Assembly (NCBI RefSeq): GCF_004010195.1
Contig: NC_057719.1
Location: 15,806,844 to 15,870,843 of the forward strand
Reading direction: 5' to 3'
Length of the DNA stretch: 64,000 bases
Source: Chiloscyllium plagiosum
Lineage: Eukaryota
Shown: positions 10,841 through 24,245 of the stretch, piece after piece
How the letters are laid out: every line of letters starts with the position of its first letter
Position numbering within the stretch: position 1 is the first letter of the stretch
Made by a program: the position numbers and the translations under genes
Notes under the pieces: model-generated
Told to the model about the DNA's origin: nothing
Seen by the model: the letters and a program-made list of their open reading frames with translations, nothing else
Database searches by the model: none

Positions 10841-13800
10841 GATTTTCTAGAGCTGAGATGACCGACTTCCTACAACCACAAATATCTTCCCGGATGCTGG
10901 ATATCTCACCGATCAGCAGAGTTGGTTCTTATCGATTCTTATTTTGCTAAGGTTCTTTGCTGCCACATTTAGTCAAGCACAGACACTCAATCCTAACTAT
11001 TGGAATTCATTTGTCAAGTCTGAACCAAGGCTGTAATGCAATCAGAAACTGAGTTTTTTTTACTCACTCATGGGATATAGACATCACTGTCTAAGCCAGC
11101 ATTTATTGTCTAACTTGCATTGCCCAATATCAACCTTAGTTACATGTCAGCCAGACCAGGTACAGATAACAGATTTGTTTCCCAAAGGACATTAGTTAAC
11201 CAGATGGAATTTTGTGACAATTGATGATGGTTTCATGGTTATCATTAGACCCTTAATTTCCAGCTTCTTTTCAATGAACTCAAATTCTACCATCTGTTAT
11301 GGTGGGATTTGAACCCAAGTCCCCAGAACATTAGCTGACCTTCTGGATTAGTAGTCTGATGATAATAGTGATCATGGCAGAACTTAACTTGAGCAGGTGA
11401 AGAGGTTATTGCTAAGCAAATGTTCCTTGATAGCACCGTTAATGATCCCTTAAGTCAATTTTATGATAATTGAGAGTAGGCTAAAGGGGTGATATTTGGC
11501 TGGGTTGGATTTGTTCTGCTTTTTGTGTACAGGGCTACCAGTGTTGTAAGCATGAGAACAGCTTGCCTAGTTGCACTACAAGTTCTGGAGCACAGATCTT
11601 CAGTACTAATGTTGGAATATTGTCATGGTCTTTTGCCTTTGCACCAAAGGCTGAAAGCTTTCAAAGATTTCTTGGAAATACGTGGAGTTAGTTATTTTGG
11701 CTGAAGTCAACTGTAATGCTGGGCATTTCCAAAGGAGGGTGAGATGGATCATCTCTTCAGCATTCTTGGTGAACATTGTTCAAATACTTTAGCCATTTTT
11801 TTCCACCAGTGTGCTAGGTGCCTCATCATTGAGGTTAAGGGTGTTTGTGAAGTTTCCTTCTCTAGTGAGTTATTTAATTGTTCACCACCAATATGACTGG
11901 GTGTTGTATGACTGCTGAACTTGGATTGATCCTTAAATGAAAGCAAAGTACTGCAGATACCTAGATCTGAAATTAAAATGTAAAGTGCTGGAGAAACTCA
12001 ACAGTATCTGGGAAGAGAAAAACAGTGGTGGACTCTCCCTCATTATGGGCATTTAAGCGGGCATTGGATAGGCATATGGAGGATAGTGGGCTAGTGTAGG
12101 TTAGGTGGGCTTGGATCGGCGCAACATCGAGGGCCGAAGGGCCTGTACTGCGCTGTATTCTTCTATGTTCTATGTTCTAAAGTCTAATGTCTAATTTTGA
12201 GTCTAATGTGACTCTTCAGAACTGAAAGTGCTGGCAAGTGATGGTTTTAATGCTGTTAACAAAGGGTCAAGATGAGTTGAGTAGATGAGAGTTTCCAGGA
12301 CAAAACAAAGGAAATGCCATTGGTAGTGGAAGAGAGATATGAGGGCAAAAGAAAAGTGTCAATGATAGGTGTGAAGAGTCGAAAATGGATCAAATTTGCT
12401 GCAAACAAATCCCCATAAACCTCTTCTTCCTCCAATATCCCCCTACCACCTTTGTCGACAGCAAGAGAGTCCATCATTTTCAGAGAGCAGTTAAAACTCT
12501 CCATGATGTTGTTTAGGTGGGGAGTCATGCAGGCGTCACCTTCCTTCCATGAAAAACATTAGTGAAGCAGATGGCTAACATTTAATTCTGGATATTAATT
12601 AATCCAAATTTTATCATTCAAATTAGTAGGTTTCAAGCCCACAACATGGAATACTAGTCCAGAGATAGCATCACTACACTACTGCCTCTCAATCAGAGTC
12701 ACGAGTCATGTTGAATGGCTTTGAAACCATTTTTACCTGACAATCACTCTTTGGTTTGCAATGATTATTGAAATACATGTTTTTAAAATTCATTCATGGG
12801 ATGTGGGTATCACTGGCCACTTTTGTATTTATTGCCTATCGCTAATTGCCCAGAGGGCAGTTAAGAGTCAACCACAATGCTGTGGGTCCGGAGTCACATG
12901 TAGACTAGACCAGATAAGGGTGACAATTTCCTTTCCTAAAATACATTAATAAACCAGATGGGTTTTTCCTGATAACCACCAATTGTTTCATGGTCATCAT
13001 TAGACTCTTCATTCCAGATTTTTATTGAATTCAAATTCCACCATCTAGCATGGCAGGATTTGAATGCAGCTCTCTTATCATGATCTGGCTCTCTGAATTA
13101 ATAGTTTAATGATAATACCACAGAGTCATTGCCTCCCCAAGGCATGGTGTCAGTGAATGCTGCAAATTGAATACAATGTGAGTTGCTAAGATAGTGTGCA
13201 CCTGCTGTATGATGTGTATCAGTTGTCACACGCCAGTGCATCTTCATCAAGTGGAATTCCTATTGGTTCGAGTTTGTGGCTGACTTCGCACTGAATTTAT
13301 GCAAAATAATGCAGTCTGGTATTCTGCATTGTGAGATGGCTGCAATCTTTGTAAACATTCATGATCACTTTATCTTTTTGTCTCCGGCAAGAAAGAATGA
13401 AGTTGGCTGTCTTTGTGTGAAAGACCTTAATGATCTCTCCTATGCATCAGTGTAATGCTCATGAAAAGATGTGTCTGTCACCAGAGCACGCTGGAAGGAG
13501 CCCAATAAAGCACAGCTCAGAGCCAACACAGGTTGGAACACTGACTGTAGCACTATGTAGATTTCAGTAACATCATCTTTGGTGAGGCATAGGTGCTTCA
13601 TTGCATTGGTTGAGAGTGAAGTTCAGATAAAAGAATTACTCCCTGAGTATCCTGTGCACTTCTTTCACTCCTTCTTTTCCTCCAGATTCCAGCAGCTTGC
13701 ACTGTTTTGTATGACTTCTGCATAGCCTCCTGGTCATATCTAATGCGAAAGTGAAATGTTACAAGGACCCCTATCTGGAAACAGTTGGCTTATCTATAAG

Positions 13801-14286
13801 CCTTGTGGTTGCCAAAAAGGTTCTCCATCACTGGCTAGACCACTCTCTATGCCAATGACCGAGACTTTTACAATTTTGCAGAAGTGGACAATTAACGCTA
13901 TTTATAGCAGCACTAGCTAGAGGAAATAACCTTGCACCTAACATGTGAATGATTCACATCCCTTTAAATGATCTTTATTGGGAAGTGGAGATTTCTAGGT
14001 TGAATGAGGTTGAGTTAGGTCATCGGGTGGAAAGTGAAGCTGTAACATTGTATTAATAGTGTATCATGATCTGTTTGTATGGTTTTGCAGGACGTTATCT
14101 ATTTATAAAAACCCTGTTCACAAAAATGATTTCTTATACACTTCTCGAAAGTGAGTGCCCAAAAAATATCTGGTACAGAACTTAGTGGGTCTTCCTTGTC
14201 TATTTATTAAAAGTTCTTGCTAATTCTGTTGGTTTACTTCTTTGTAATTTTCAGAGTTGAAATGAAAAATTACTTATATCTTTCAG

Positions 14287-14436
14287 GAAATCATCTGTAA
14301 TTTGTACCATGTAGATAATATTGAAGGAGGCGTTATGAACATACTTTCTCCTTTATATACAAGTCTGGGGCTGACTCCAAGTTTAGAGATATTTAACAGA
14401 ACTTCCTTAATTGCATTCAAGTTTGAAAGAAGCTTG
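14287..14436 (+). CDS. CATSPERB: CATSPERB coding exon 3 (EIICNLYHVDNIEGGVMNILSPLYTSLGLTPSLEIFNRTSLIAFKFERSL)
   Basis: TTTCAG acceptor, GTAAGA donor, 150 nt, phase 0 to 0; TSLGLTPSLEIFNRT aligns with human TSGGLAPSLGIMNST. Confidence 0.92.
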
Positions 14437-15323
14437 GTAAGACCCTGTTTTATATACAAATGTATAATTATGATCTTAATTGCATTTGACAATGTAAGTA
14501 AGGGAATTTAGTCTTAAAGAACCAGCCAAAGTATTCCTATCAAAACAAATACAAACACCACATCAGTACAAGTAACTTGGGTAGGAATGGGATGTGCTGA
14601 AAGCAGATTTTGGGAAGTGAGTAGGAAATTGAAAGGCATGGCCTCTAAAGCAATAATATTGGATTGCACCCATTTCCCTGTGTATTTGGATACAGAAATA
14701 GGAGAATTGAGTGATTGAATAAGATGTTGAAATGCTGGTGCAGGAGTGTGCAGCTGATGTCTAGGGCATTGCAATCACTTCTCGGTTGGTAGAGCCTGTT
14801 AGGCTGTTTGCGCATGAAGAGGATCAGGTTACAAATGAGGCCATATGGTTCTGAATCAGAAAAGAGCAAGTTAATTAGAAAAGACAGACAAGAGCAAGTT
14901 AGAGAATAAAATAACTGAACTATAAAACTGCATTTATTTCAATACAAGAGGACTTACAGGCTGATGAAATTAGGGCATGTATGGGAACATAGGACTGGGC
15001 TGTTCTAGCAATTATAGAAACTTTACTGAGGGAAGGATAGACTGGCAGCTCACTGTTCTGGCTTTTAGATGTTGTAGGAAAGAGAAGCAAGAGAGGAGGG
15101 CCAGTGGCATTTTTGATTAGCATTCTAATTAGAGAAGATGTTTCTGAGGGATTGTTTAATGAAAATGTATGGGTTGAAATTAGAAATAGGAAAGGGATTA
15201 TCCCCTTGATGGGATTATATTATAGGTCCCCAATAGTCAGAGGGAAATAGAGAAGCAAATATTTAGAGAGCTGTCCAATATATGTTAAATAATAAAGTTG
15301 TAATTGTAGGGGATTTAAATTTT

Positions 15324-15448
15324 GAAGAAGGGTTTATGCCCGAAACGTCGATTCTCCTGTTCCTTGGATGCTGCCTGACCTGCTGCGCTTTTCCAGCAAC
15401 ACATTTTCAGCTCTGATCTCCAGCATCTGCAGTCCTCACTTTCTCCTC
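15324..15448 (+). mobile_element. 125-bp Penelope-terminus insert (family A) with 15-bp TSD
   Basis: GGGGATTTAAATTTT at 15309-15323 and 15449-15463; insert starts inside the hammerhead core. Confidence 0.85.
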
Positions 15449-16840
15449 GGGGATTTAAATTTTCCAAACATTGAGTGGGGACTGCCTTAATGGTGAAGAA
15501 TTTGTTAAATGCGTTCAAGCAAATTTTCTTTATCGATATGTAAAAGCTTGACATTCTCTTGGGAAATAAGGTAGTGCAAGTGACTGAAATGTTAGTAGGG
15601 GAATGTTTTGGGACCAGTGATCATAATACTACTGGTTTTAAAATAGTTATGGAAAAGGACAGGTCTTCCATAAGAATTAAGGTTCTTACTTGGAATAAGG
15701 CAAATTTTAAGAGTATGAAAGAAGAATTTTCAAAAGATGATTGAAGTAGACTCTTTGCAGGTAAAAGGATGACTGACAAGTTGGAGGCCTTCAAAAATAT
15801 GATAACAAGAGTTCAGAAGCATTCTGTTCCTTTTAGAGTGAAAGGCAAGGCTGGTAAGATTAGGGAACAATGGATGAATAAAGATATTGAAGTTCTAGTC
15901 AAGATTTTTAAAAAATCATATATTAAATGTAGACAACTGGGATCGACTGAATCTCTTGAAGAGTATAAAGAGTGTAGGGGCATCCTTAAGAAGGAAATCA
16001 GAAAGTTAAAGAAAGGATATTAGATAGCCTTGGCAAATAAGGTTAAAGATAATCCAAAATATTCTACAAATACTTTAAGACAAAGAGAGCAACTAGAGAG
16101 AGAATAGGACACTTTCCAGATCAAGGAAGTTATCTTTGTGTTGAACCTCAGAAGATGTGAGAGTCATTAAATGAATATTTCATGTCAGTTTTTACTGTTG
16201 AGATATAAATAGAGGCTAGAGAACTCTGGGAAATAAATATTGATGTTTTGAAAACTGTTCACATTACAGAAGTTTTGGAAACAGTTCACATTAGAGAAGA
16301 GGAGCTGCTGGAGGTCTTAGAAAACTTCTTGGTAGATAAGTCCTCAGGACTTGATCAAATGTGATATAGGATGTTGGGAGAAGTTAGGAAGCAAATTGTG
16401 GAGCCCCTAACCAAAATATTTTGATCATTTATTACCGTGGGTTAAGTACGGTAGGGTTGGAAGGTGGTTGATGTTGTGCCATTGTTTAAGAAAGGCTGTA
16501 AGGAAAAGCCTGGAATTTACAGACTTGTGAGTCTGACATCAGTGGTAGGTAAGTTGTTGGATGTGATTCTGAAGGATAAGATTTATATGCATTTGGAGAA
16601 GCAATGATTTGTTAGGGAGAATCAACATGGTTTTGTGTGTGGGAAATCATGTCTGAGAAACTTGATTGAGATTTTAATAATGTAACCAAAAAGATTGATG
16701 AGAGCAGAACGATAGACAGTATTTACATGGACTTTAGTTAAATCTTTGACATGACCACATGGTAGGCTAATTAGTAAAGTTAAATCACATAGGATTCAGG
16801 ATGAGCTTGCCAGTTGGATACAAAATTGGCTTTATGATAG

Positions 16841-17732
16841 ATTAGATTAGATTACAGTGTGGAAACAGGCCCTTCGGCTCAACAAGTTCACACCGACCTG
16901 CCGAAGCGCAACCCACCCATACCCCGACATTTACCCCTTACCTAACACTACGGGCAATTTAGCATGGCCAATTCACCTGACCTGCACATCTTTGGACTGT
17001 AGGAGGAAACCCAAGCAGACACAGGGAGAATGTGAGAAACAAAAGCTCACTCACTTTAATAATTTCAGTCCGAGACAAATATCTGAATCCGCCATTGTTT
17101 ATTTATACACCTATAGGTGGGTGCCCTGTCTCATCACCAGGTAAGGTAATGACAAAATGCACACTAAATCCAACAAACTCTCGAAATTTATACAGTTTGA
17201 ATCCCCATATTTTTCCTTATTCCATTGTTTGTTCCCTGCTTCGCTTACGTCACTCATTTCCTTAAGACTGATCCCACAACTTCTGTTTATCCTGTTTTGT
17301 CCGTGACAAACTCTTATCTCTGTCTCCCATAAGGGTGTTTGACGTCAGTCTATTGTAGATTATTGATTAGGCATATCTTTTCTTCTATCAGCATCTATTT
17401 CCATCCAGAGGCCACTTTGACCTCTTTGATTAGGGTTTGTTCCTGTGTCTCTGTACAAGCGAGGAGAACAGATGTTTTCCTGTTTGCCCATATATCCACC
17501 ATTGTTCTGTATTCATGTCTCATGCTCACATATCCTTTCTTTTTGCTGAATATGTATTTTCTCATTCCCATTCTGTATCAGAATTTATACTTGCAGAAAT
17601 AACATTAATTCATTTATATCCCACAGAGAACGTACAAACTCTATACAGTCAGTCGCCTGAGGCGGGAATTGAACCCGGGTCTCTGGCGCTGTGAGGCAGC
17701 AGTGCTAACCACTGTGCCACCGTGCCGCCCAC
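16841..17732 (-). mobile_element. HE1-type SINE, split by a solo LTR
   Basis: Same sequence as 3337-3667; short GATAG flanking duplication. Confidence 0.9.
17031..17625 (-). mobile_element. Solo LTR, 595 bp, 5-bp TSD GAGAA
   Basis: TGTGAGA...TCCCACA termini; GAGAA at 17026-17030 and 17626-17630; minus-strand TATAAATAAA and ATTAAA near its 3' end. Confidence 0.85.
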
Positions 17733-17809
17733 GATAGGAGACAGAGGGTGGTGGTAAAGGGTTGTTCTTTGGACTGGAAGCCTGTTCCACAGGAATCAGT
17801 ACTGGGTGC

Positions 17810-20800
17810 CCATTGCCAGGGTGTAGGACATCTCTGAGCAGCTTGAAAGGATATTGGAGTGGGAGGGTGAAGATTCAATTGTTATGGCCCACACTGGAAC
17901 AAACAATATAGGCACGGCTAGGAAGGAGGACCTGCTTGGGGATTATCAAGCATTAGGAATGAAATTAAGGTCCTCAAGGATCATAATCTCCAGATTACTG
18001 CCCAAGCCACATGCAAATTGGCTTAGGGATAAGAAAATTAGGAAAATAAACACATGGCTATGGAGTGGTGTGGGAAAGAGGGGTTCCACTTCATGAGACA
18101 TTGGCATCAGTTTTGGAACGTGCAGGAGCTGTACCAATGGGACGGTCCACCTGAACCGATCTGGTACCAATGGCAAAGGATAAATAGGTGGTCACTAGGA
18201 CTTTAAACTAGTGAGTCGGGAGGATAGAAAAGGGAAAACAACAGAAAGTATAATGGTAAATAAAAGGTTAAGCAGCAGGTTAGCATGTGTGCAGGAGAGT
18301 TTAAGTACAAGGTAGACTATGAAAGAAGTAAAAAGGAAGGATAACTTTGGAGATATTATGAGAGATGTTCGAAATCGTGAGGGTATGAAATCTAGCACAA
18401 GGGCACTGTATCTGAATGCTCGCAGCATTCGTAACAAGGTTGATGAGTTAATGGCACAAATCATCGTGAACGAATATGATTTAGTAGTCATTATCAGGAC
18501 ATGGTTATAGGATGGTCATGACTGGGAGTTAAATATCTGGGGTATCAGACTATTCGGAAGGACAGAGAGGAAGGTAAGGGAGGTGGTTTAGCTCTGATAT
18601 TCAAGGACGACATCAGGGCGGCGCTGAGAGATGATATAGGTTCTATGGAGAATAAGGTTGAAATTTGGGTGGAAATTAGAAATTCTAAGAAGAAAAAGTC
18701 ACTGATAAGCGTAGTCTATAGGCCACATTGGAGCAGGCAATAAACAAAGAAATAACTAATGCTTGTAAAAATGATATGGCAATTATCATGGAGGGTTTTA
18801 ATCTACACGTTGATTGGTCAAACTAGTTCGGCCAGGGTAATCTTGAGGAGGAATTTGTTGAGTGTATCTGTGATAAATTTCTTGGACACTATGTAACAGA
18901 ACCAACGAGGGAGCAAGCTATCCCAGATCTGGTCCTGTGTAATGAGACAGGAATAATTATGACCTCATAGTTAGGATCCTCTTGGAAGGAGCAATCACAG
19001 TATGGTTAGATTTAGAATACAGATGGAAGTGTGAAAATAAAATCCAACACCAGAGCTTGTGCTTAAACATGGGAGACTACAATAGAATGAGGAAGGACTT
19101 GGCTAAAGTAGAATGGAAGCAAAGACTTTATGGTGGGACAGTTGACGAGCAGTCGAGGACTTTCAAAACAATTTTTCAAAGTTCTCAGCAAAAATATATT
19201 ACAGTGGAAAGAGAGGACTGTAAGAAGAGGGGTAATCTGCCATGGGTGTCTAAGGAAATAAGGGAGGCTATCAAATTGAAAGAGAAAGCATACAAAGTAG
19301 CCAAGGACAGCAGGAAACTAGAAGATTTTAAAGGTCAACAGAAAGCCACAAAAAAGAGCTGTAAAGAAAACTAAGATAGAACATTAGAAAAAAAACTAGC
19401 ATAGAATATAAAGACAGATAGCAAAAGTTTCTATAAATTTAGCCACACATATATAAAATGAAAAAGAGTGGCTAAAGTAAACGTTGGTACTTTAGAGGAT
19501 GAGAAGGGACACTTAGTTATGGGGTCTGATGAAATGGCCGAGGCTTTGAACAAGTAGTTTGTATCGGTCTTCACAGTGAAGGACACTAATAACATGTCAG
19601 GAATTGACAAGGAAATGAAGGTAGGTGAGGACCAGGAAACAATCATTATTATGGAAGAGGTAGTGTTGGGCAAGCTAATGGAGCTAAGGATAGACAAGTC
19701 TTCTGGCCCTGATGGAATGCATCCCAGCATAGTAAAAGAGAGGGTGGGAGAAATAACTAGAGCACTTGTGGTAATTTTCCAAAATTTACTGGACTCTGGG
19801 GCAATTCCAGTAGATTGGAAAACAGCAAGTATGATGCCACTGGGGATTATAGACCACTTAGCTTGACTTCTGTAGTGGGGAAGATGCTTGAGTCTATTAT
19901 CAAGAAAGAAATAGCAAGGCATCCAGATAGAAATTGTTCTATTAGATAGATGCAGCAAGGGTTCATGAAGGACAGGTCATGCTGAACAAATCTTTTGGAA
20001 TTCTATGAAGACATTACGAGCAAGGTGGACGGTGCAGACTCAGTGGATGTGCTGTACCTAGATTTCTAAAAGGCCTTTGACAAGGTGCTGCACAAGAGGC
20101 TGCTGCATAAGATAAAGACGCATGGCATTTCAGGTAAAGTATTAGCATGGATAGAGGATTGGTTGACTAACAGGAAGTAAAGACTGGGGATAGGTGAGTG
20201 CTACTCTGGTTGGCAATCAGTAACTAGAGGCGTGTCTCAGGGATCAGTGTTGGGACAGCCATTATTCACAATTTATATAGATAATTTGGAATTGGGGATG
20301 ACATGTAGTGTGTCAAAGTTTGCAGATGACACTAAGATGAGTGGCAGAGCAAAGTGTGCAGAGGGCTGTGAAACTTTGCAAAAGGAACATAGATACTTTA
20401 AATGAGTGGGCAAAGGCCTGGCAGATTGAATACAATGTTAATAAACGTGAAGTCATTTATTTTGATCAGAGTAACAGTAAAAAGGATTATTGTTTCAATG
20501 GTAAAACGTTGCAGTGTGCTGCTGTGCAGAGTGACCTGAGTGTCCTTGTGCATAATACAGAGGATTGGTCTGCAGGTACAACAAGTAATTAGGAAGGCAA
20601 ATTGAATTTTGTCCTTCATTGCTAAAGAAATGAAGTTTAAAAGCAGAGAGATTATGTTGTGCTGTACAGGATGCTGGTGATGCCACACCTTGGGTACTGC
20701 GTGCTGTTTTGGTCTCTTTACTTGAGAAAGGATATACTGGCACTAGAGGGGGTGCAGAAGAGGTTCACTGTGTTGGTTCCGGAGTTGAAGGATGTGAGAA

Positions 20801-21556
20801 ACAAAAGCTCACTCACTTTAATAATTTCAGTCCGAGACAAATATCTGAATCAGCCGTTAGGCATATATTTTCTTCTATCAGCATCTATTTCCATCCAGAG
20901 GCCACTTTGACCTCTTTGATTAGGGTTTGTTCCTGTGCCGAGTAGGGGGAAACAGATGCTTTCCTGTTTGCCCATATATCCACCATTGTTCTGTATTCAC
21001 GTCTCATGCTAACATATCCTTTCTTTTTGCTGAATATGTATTTTCTCATTCCTGTTCTGTATCAGAATTTATACTTGCAGAAATAACATTAATTCATTTA
21101 TATCCCACAAAGGAGTTGGCTTATAAGGAGACAGTGAGTAGATTGAGATCATATTAATTGGAATTTAGAAGAATGAGGGGAGATCTTATAGAAACATATA
21201 ACATTATGAAGGGAATAGATAAGACAGATGTAGAGAGGATGTTTCCACTGGCAGATGAAACGAGGACAAGAAGGCATAGCCTCAAAATTGGGGGGAGCAG
21301 ATTTAGGACTTAATTGAGAAGGAACTTCTTCACTCAGAGGATTGTAAATCTGTAGAATTTCTTGTCCAGTGAAGTAGTTGACGCTACTTCTGTAGATGTT
21401 TTTAAAGCTAAGGTAGATAGTTTTCTGAACAATAAAGGAATTAAGGGATACGGTGACAGCATGGGTAAGTGCAGCTGCGTCCATGATCTTACTGACTGGC
21501 AGAGCAAGGTCGAAGTGCCTGTTAGCCTGCTTCTGCTCCTAGTTCTTATGTTCTAT
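17810..21556 (+). mobile_element. Second CR1 LINE (ORF1 esterase end through ORF2 to tail) nested in the first
   Basis: HTGTNNIG esterase, LYLNARSIRNKVDEL endonuclease start, KSSGPDGMHP, KFADDTK, (TTCTATG)-type tail. Confidence 0.88.
20793..21109 (-). mobile_element. Solo LTR, internally deleted 317-bp variant, 5-bp TSD AAGGA
   Basis: Same termini as 17031-17625; AAGGA at 20788-20792 and 21110-21114. Confidence 0.85.
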
Positions 21557-23055
21557 GTCCACTTTGGATTGTCATTTATATAAACGATTCAGATGGGAAT
21601 ATAGGAAGCAGGATTAGTAAATTTGCAGATGACACCAAAATAAATGATACAGTAGACAGTCAAAAAAGATTATCTAAGATTACAAAGAGATCTTGATCAA
21701 TTGGATCAATGGGCTGAGGAGTGGCAGATGGAGTTTAATTTGGATAAATGTGAGATATTGCATTTTGGTAATACAAACAAGGACAGGACAATTAATGGTT
21801 GGTCCCTACGTAATGTTGTAGAACAAAGACACCTAAGGGTTTAGTTATACAATTCTTTGAAATTTCTGTCACAAATAGGCAAGGTGGTTCAGAAGGAATT
21901 TAACACACTTGCCTTCATTGCTTAGATCTTTGAGAATAGGAATGCGTTTTCATGTTGCAGTTGTACAGGACATTGGTGAGGTCTCTTCTGTTTGCTGTAC
22001 TGGTTGCCCTGTATTGGAAGGATATTATTAAACAGGAGAGGGTTCAGAAGACTTTTACCAGGATGTTGCTGGAAATGGAGGGTTTGAAATATAAAAGGAA
22101 AATGGAAAGACTGGGACATTTTCACCTGAACATAAGGGTTTGAGGGGCAATCTTAATGAAGTTTATAAAATCATGAGGGGCATAGATAAGGTGAATGTCA
22201 AGGGTCTTTTCCCTAGGCTAGGATAGTCCAAAACTAGGGGACATATTTTTAAGGTGAGAAGAGAAAGATTTAAAAAGGACATGAAGGGCAACTTTTCTAC
22301 ACTGAGATTGTTTTGTGTGTGGAATGAAATGCCAGGGGAAGGAGTAGATGTAGGTACAGTTGCAACATTTAAAAGCTATTTGATTGAGTTCATAAATAAG
22401 AAACATTTGGAGGCATATGGGCCTAGTGCAGGCAGGTGGGACTCGTTTAGTTTGGGAACATGGTTGGCATGGACTGTAGGGTCTACTTCCGTGCTGTATG
22501 ACTATATGTCTCTAATTGGATTGAATGCAAAAAAAAAGGGGCAGCCACATTGCTAGTCATGTACTATGAGCTCCCAAATAATTAGAGAGAAGCAAATACG
22601 TAGCCAGATCCTGAGTGCAAAAGCAAAAGCATTCCTATTCTCAAAGATCTAAGCAATGAAGGCAAGTGTGTTAAATTCCTTCTGAACCACCTTGCCTATT
22701 TGTGACACAAATTTCAAAGAATTGTATATTGGGGATTTTAATAATCCAAAATATCAACTGGGATACAAGCAGTGTGTAAGGTGTAGAAGGCATATAATTC
22801 TTGAACTGTATTTAAAAGAGCTGTTTTAGCCAGCATTTTATAAACCCATTGAGAGATAGCACAATTCAAGCTTTAGTCTGACAAAACAAAGTTGGGCAAG
22901 AGGATGAAGTAGCAGTGAGACAGTTGGAGCATTGCACACTGTATTCCAGCTGTGCCCTAAATATCATTATATTCAGAGTGTCACAAAGCTGGTCGTTCTT
23001 TCTCAAAGTTACTGTGTCCTTGATTTTTGTCAGAGGGGTCGTAACAGAGCCCAGG

Positions 23056-23131
23056 CATCTGTTTAGGGGTAAACAAAAAGGGCCCCAAGAGTGGTCTATT
23101 GGGGCCCTTTTTGTTTACCCCTAAACAGATG
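23056..23131. repeat. Perfect 33-bp inverted repeat with 10-nt spacer inside the LTR
   Basis: CATCTGTTTAGGGGTAAACAAAAAGGGCCCCAA (23056-23088) and its exact reverse complement (23099-23131). Confidence 0.95.
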
Positions 23132-24160
23132 ATACCTCAAACCAAAGGCTTTCATGTTTTAGAATAACTTATGTAATGAAAGGTGAGTGGCCAGTCTTGG
23201 CAGCTGAGGTTTTTTGATCCAGTTGCAGCAGGGGATATATGAAACAAGCTGCTGGACTTTCTCTCTCCTTACAAACTGTAAGTTGCCTGTGCCATGTTTT
23301 ACTGTTTGTGCTAAGGGATGTGTGTGTTTTCAGAACAACACCATTAAGTTGAGTTTGTATAGGATAAGTTATGCAATATTCTGTTTTCTGTCCTTTGTGT
23401 TTAATTCTGTAATGTTGTAAATAAAGCTTATTTGTTTAAAACTTGGCAGTCGACCCAGCTAATTTACACCCAGAATATCCACTATACACTTAGCTAAACA
23501 AAGAGCAAAGTTATGGTCTGGGCTATCTGCTTATAATTTTGAGGGGCCTGACCTAGTCCATAACAGATTGGGAGCTCTTTGCAGGATTTAAACAGTGAGT
23601 GGTGGGTGTTAGTGTCTTTCATTTTAGGTGTTGATTTGGTGGTTTAAACAACACTTGGACAGCAATGGCTTTTGCAGTCACCAAGGGGTTTCTGGAGGTT
23701 GAAAGAGAGACCTTAAGGCTTTTATAAAAGGCAAAAAAAACCAAGCTGCAGGAATTAATAGATAAGCTGGGGTTGAATTTATCTCCTAATGTGAGGAAAA
23801 ATGCAATGATTTCAGCAGCAGCTCAGTATTTAAATTTGCTAGAAACACCATCAGGATCTGTAGAAATGGCAAGCATTCAATTGCAGATGATGCAGCTTGA
23901 GTTAGAGGTGGAGAAAAGGAAAGGGTAGCAGAAATGAAATAGTTTGAGTTATAATTAAAATCAGAAAAAAAAAATGAATGAAGGGCTTTAGCAAAAGAGA
24001 AAAAGAGAATGAAGGGCTCTAGCAGAAGAGGAAAAAAAGAGAGCTTGAACTTCAAAAATTGACATGAAAAGGGAAGTCAGCGTAAAAGAATGGAGATAAA
24101 GGATGAAGGTAGGCTTAGTGAGGAAGAGAGTGAGGATGAGCAAGCCCCTGGTAGTCAAAA

Positions 24161-24245
24161 CTGAAAATGTGTTGCTGGAAAAGCACAGCAGGTCAGGCAG
24201 CATCCAAGGAGCAGGAGAATCGACGTTTCGGGCATGAGCCCTTCA
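24161..24245 (-). mobile_element. 85-bp Penelope-terminus insert (family A) in gag
   Basis: Flanked by GGTAGTCAAAA / GGTAGGCAAAA (24150-24160, 24246-24256). Confidence 0.8.

Larger units (their letters stand above)
9480..11950 (-). mobile_element. Cluster of old CR1/L2-type LINE fragments with nested SINE and Penelope inserts
   Basis: Minus translation INILGVTINQKKNWMCHIN; similar fragments at about 32290-33110, 45110-45610 and 46470-46660. Confidence 0.6.
14560..22515 (+). mobile_element. Long decayed CR1 LINE (host of nested inserts): segments at about 14560-16840, 17733-17810 and 21557-22515
   Basis: Endonuclease remnants (GDLNF, SDHN), RT remnants (SKFADDTK at about 21620) and HER1 3' tail; sequence resumes in register after each insert. 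Confidence 0.85.
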
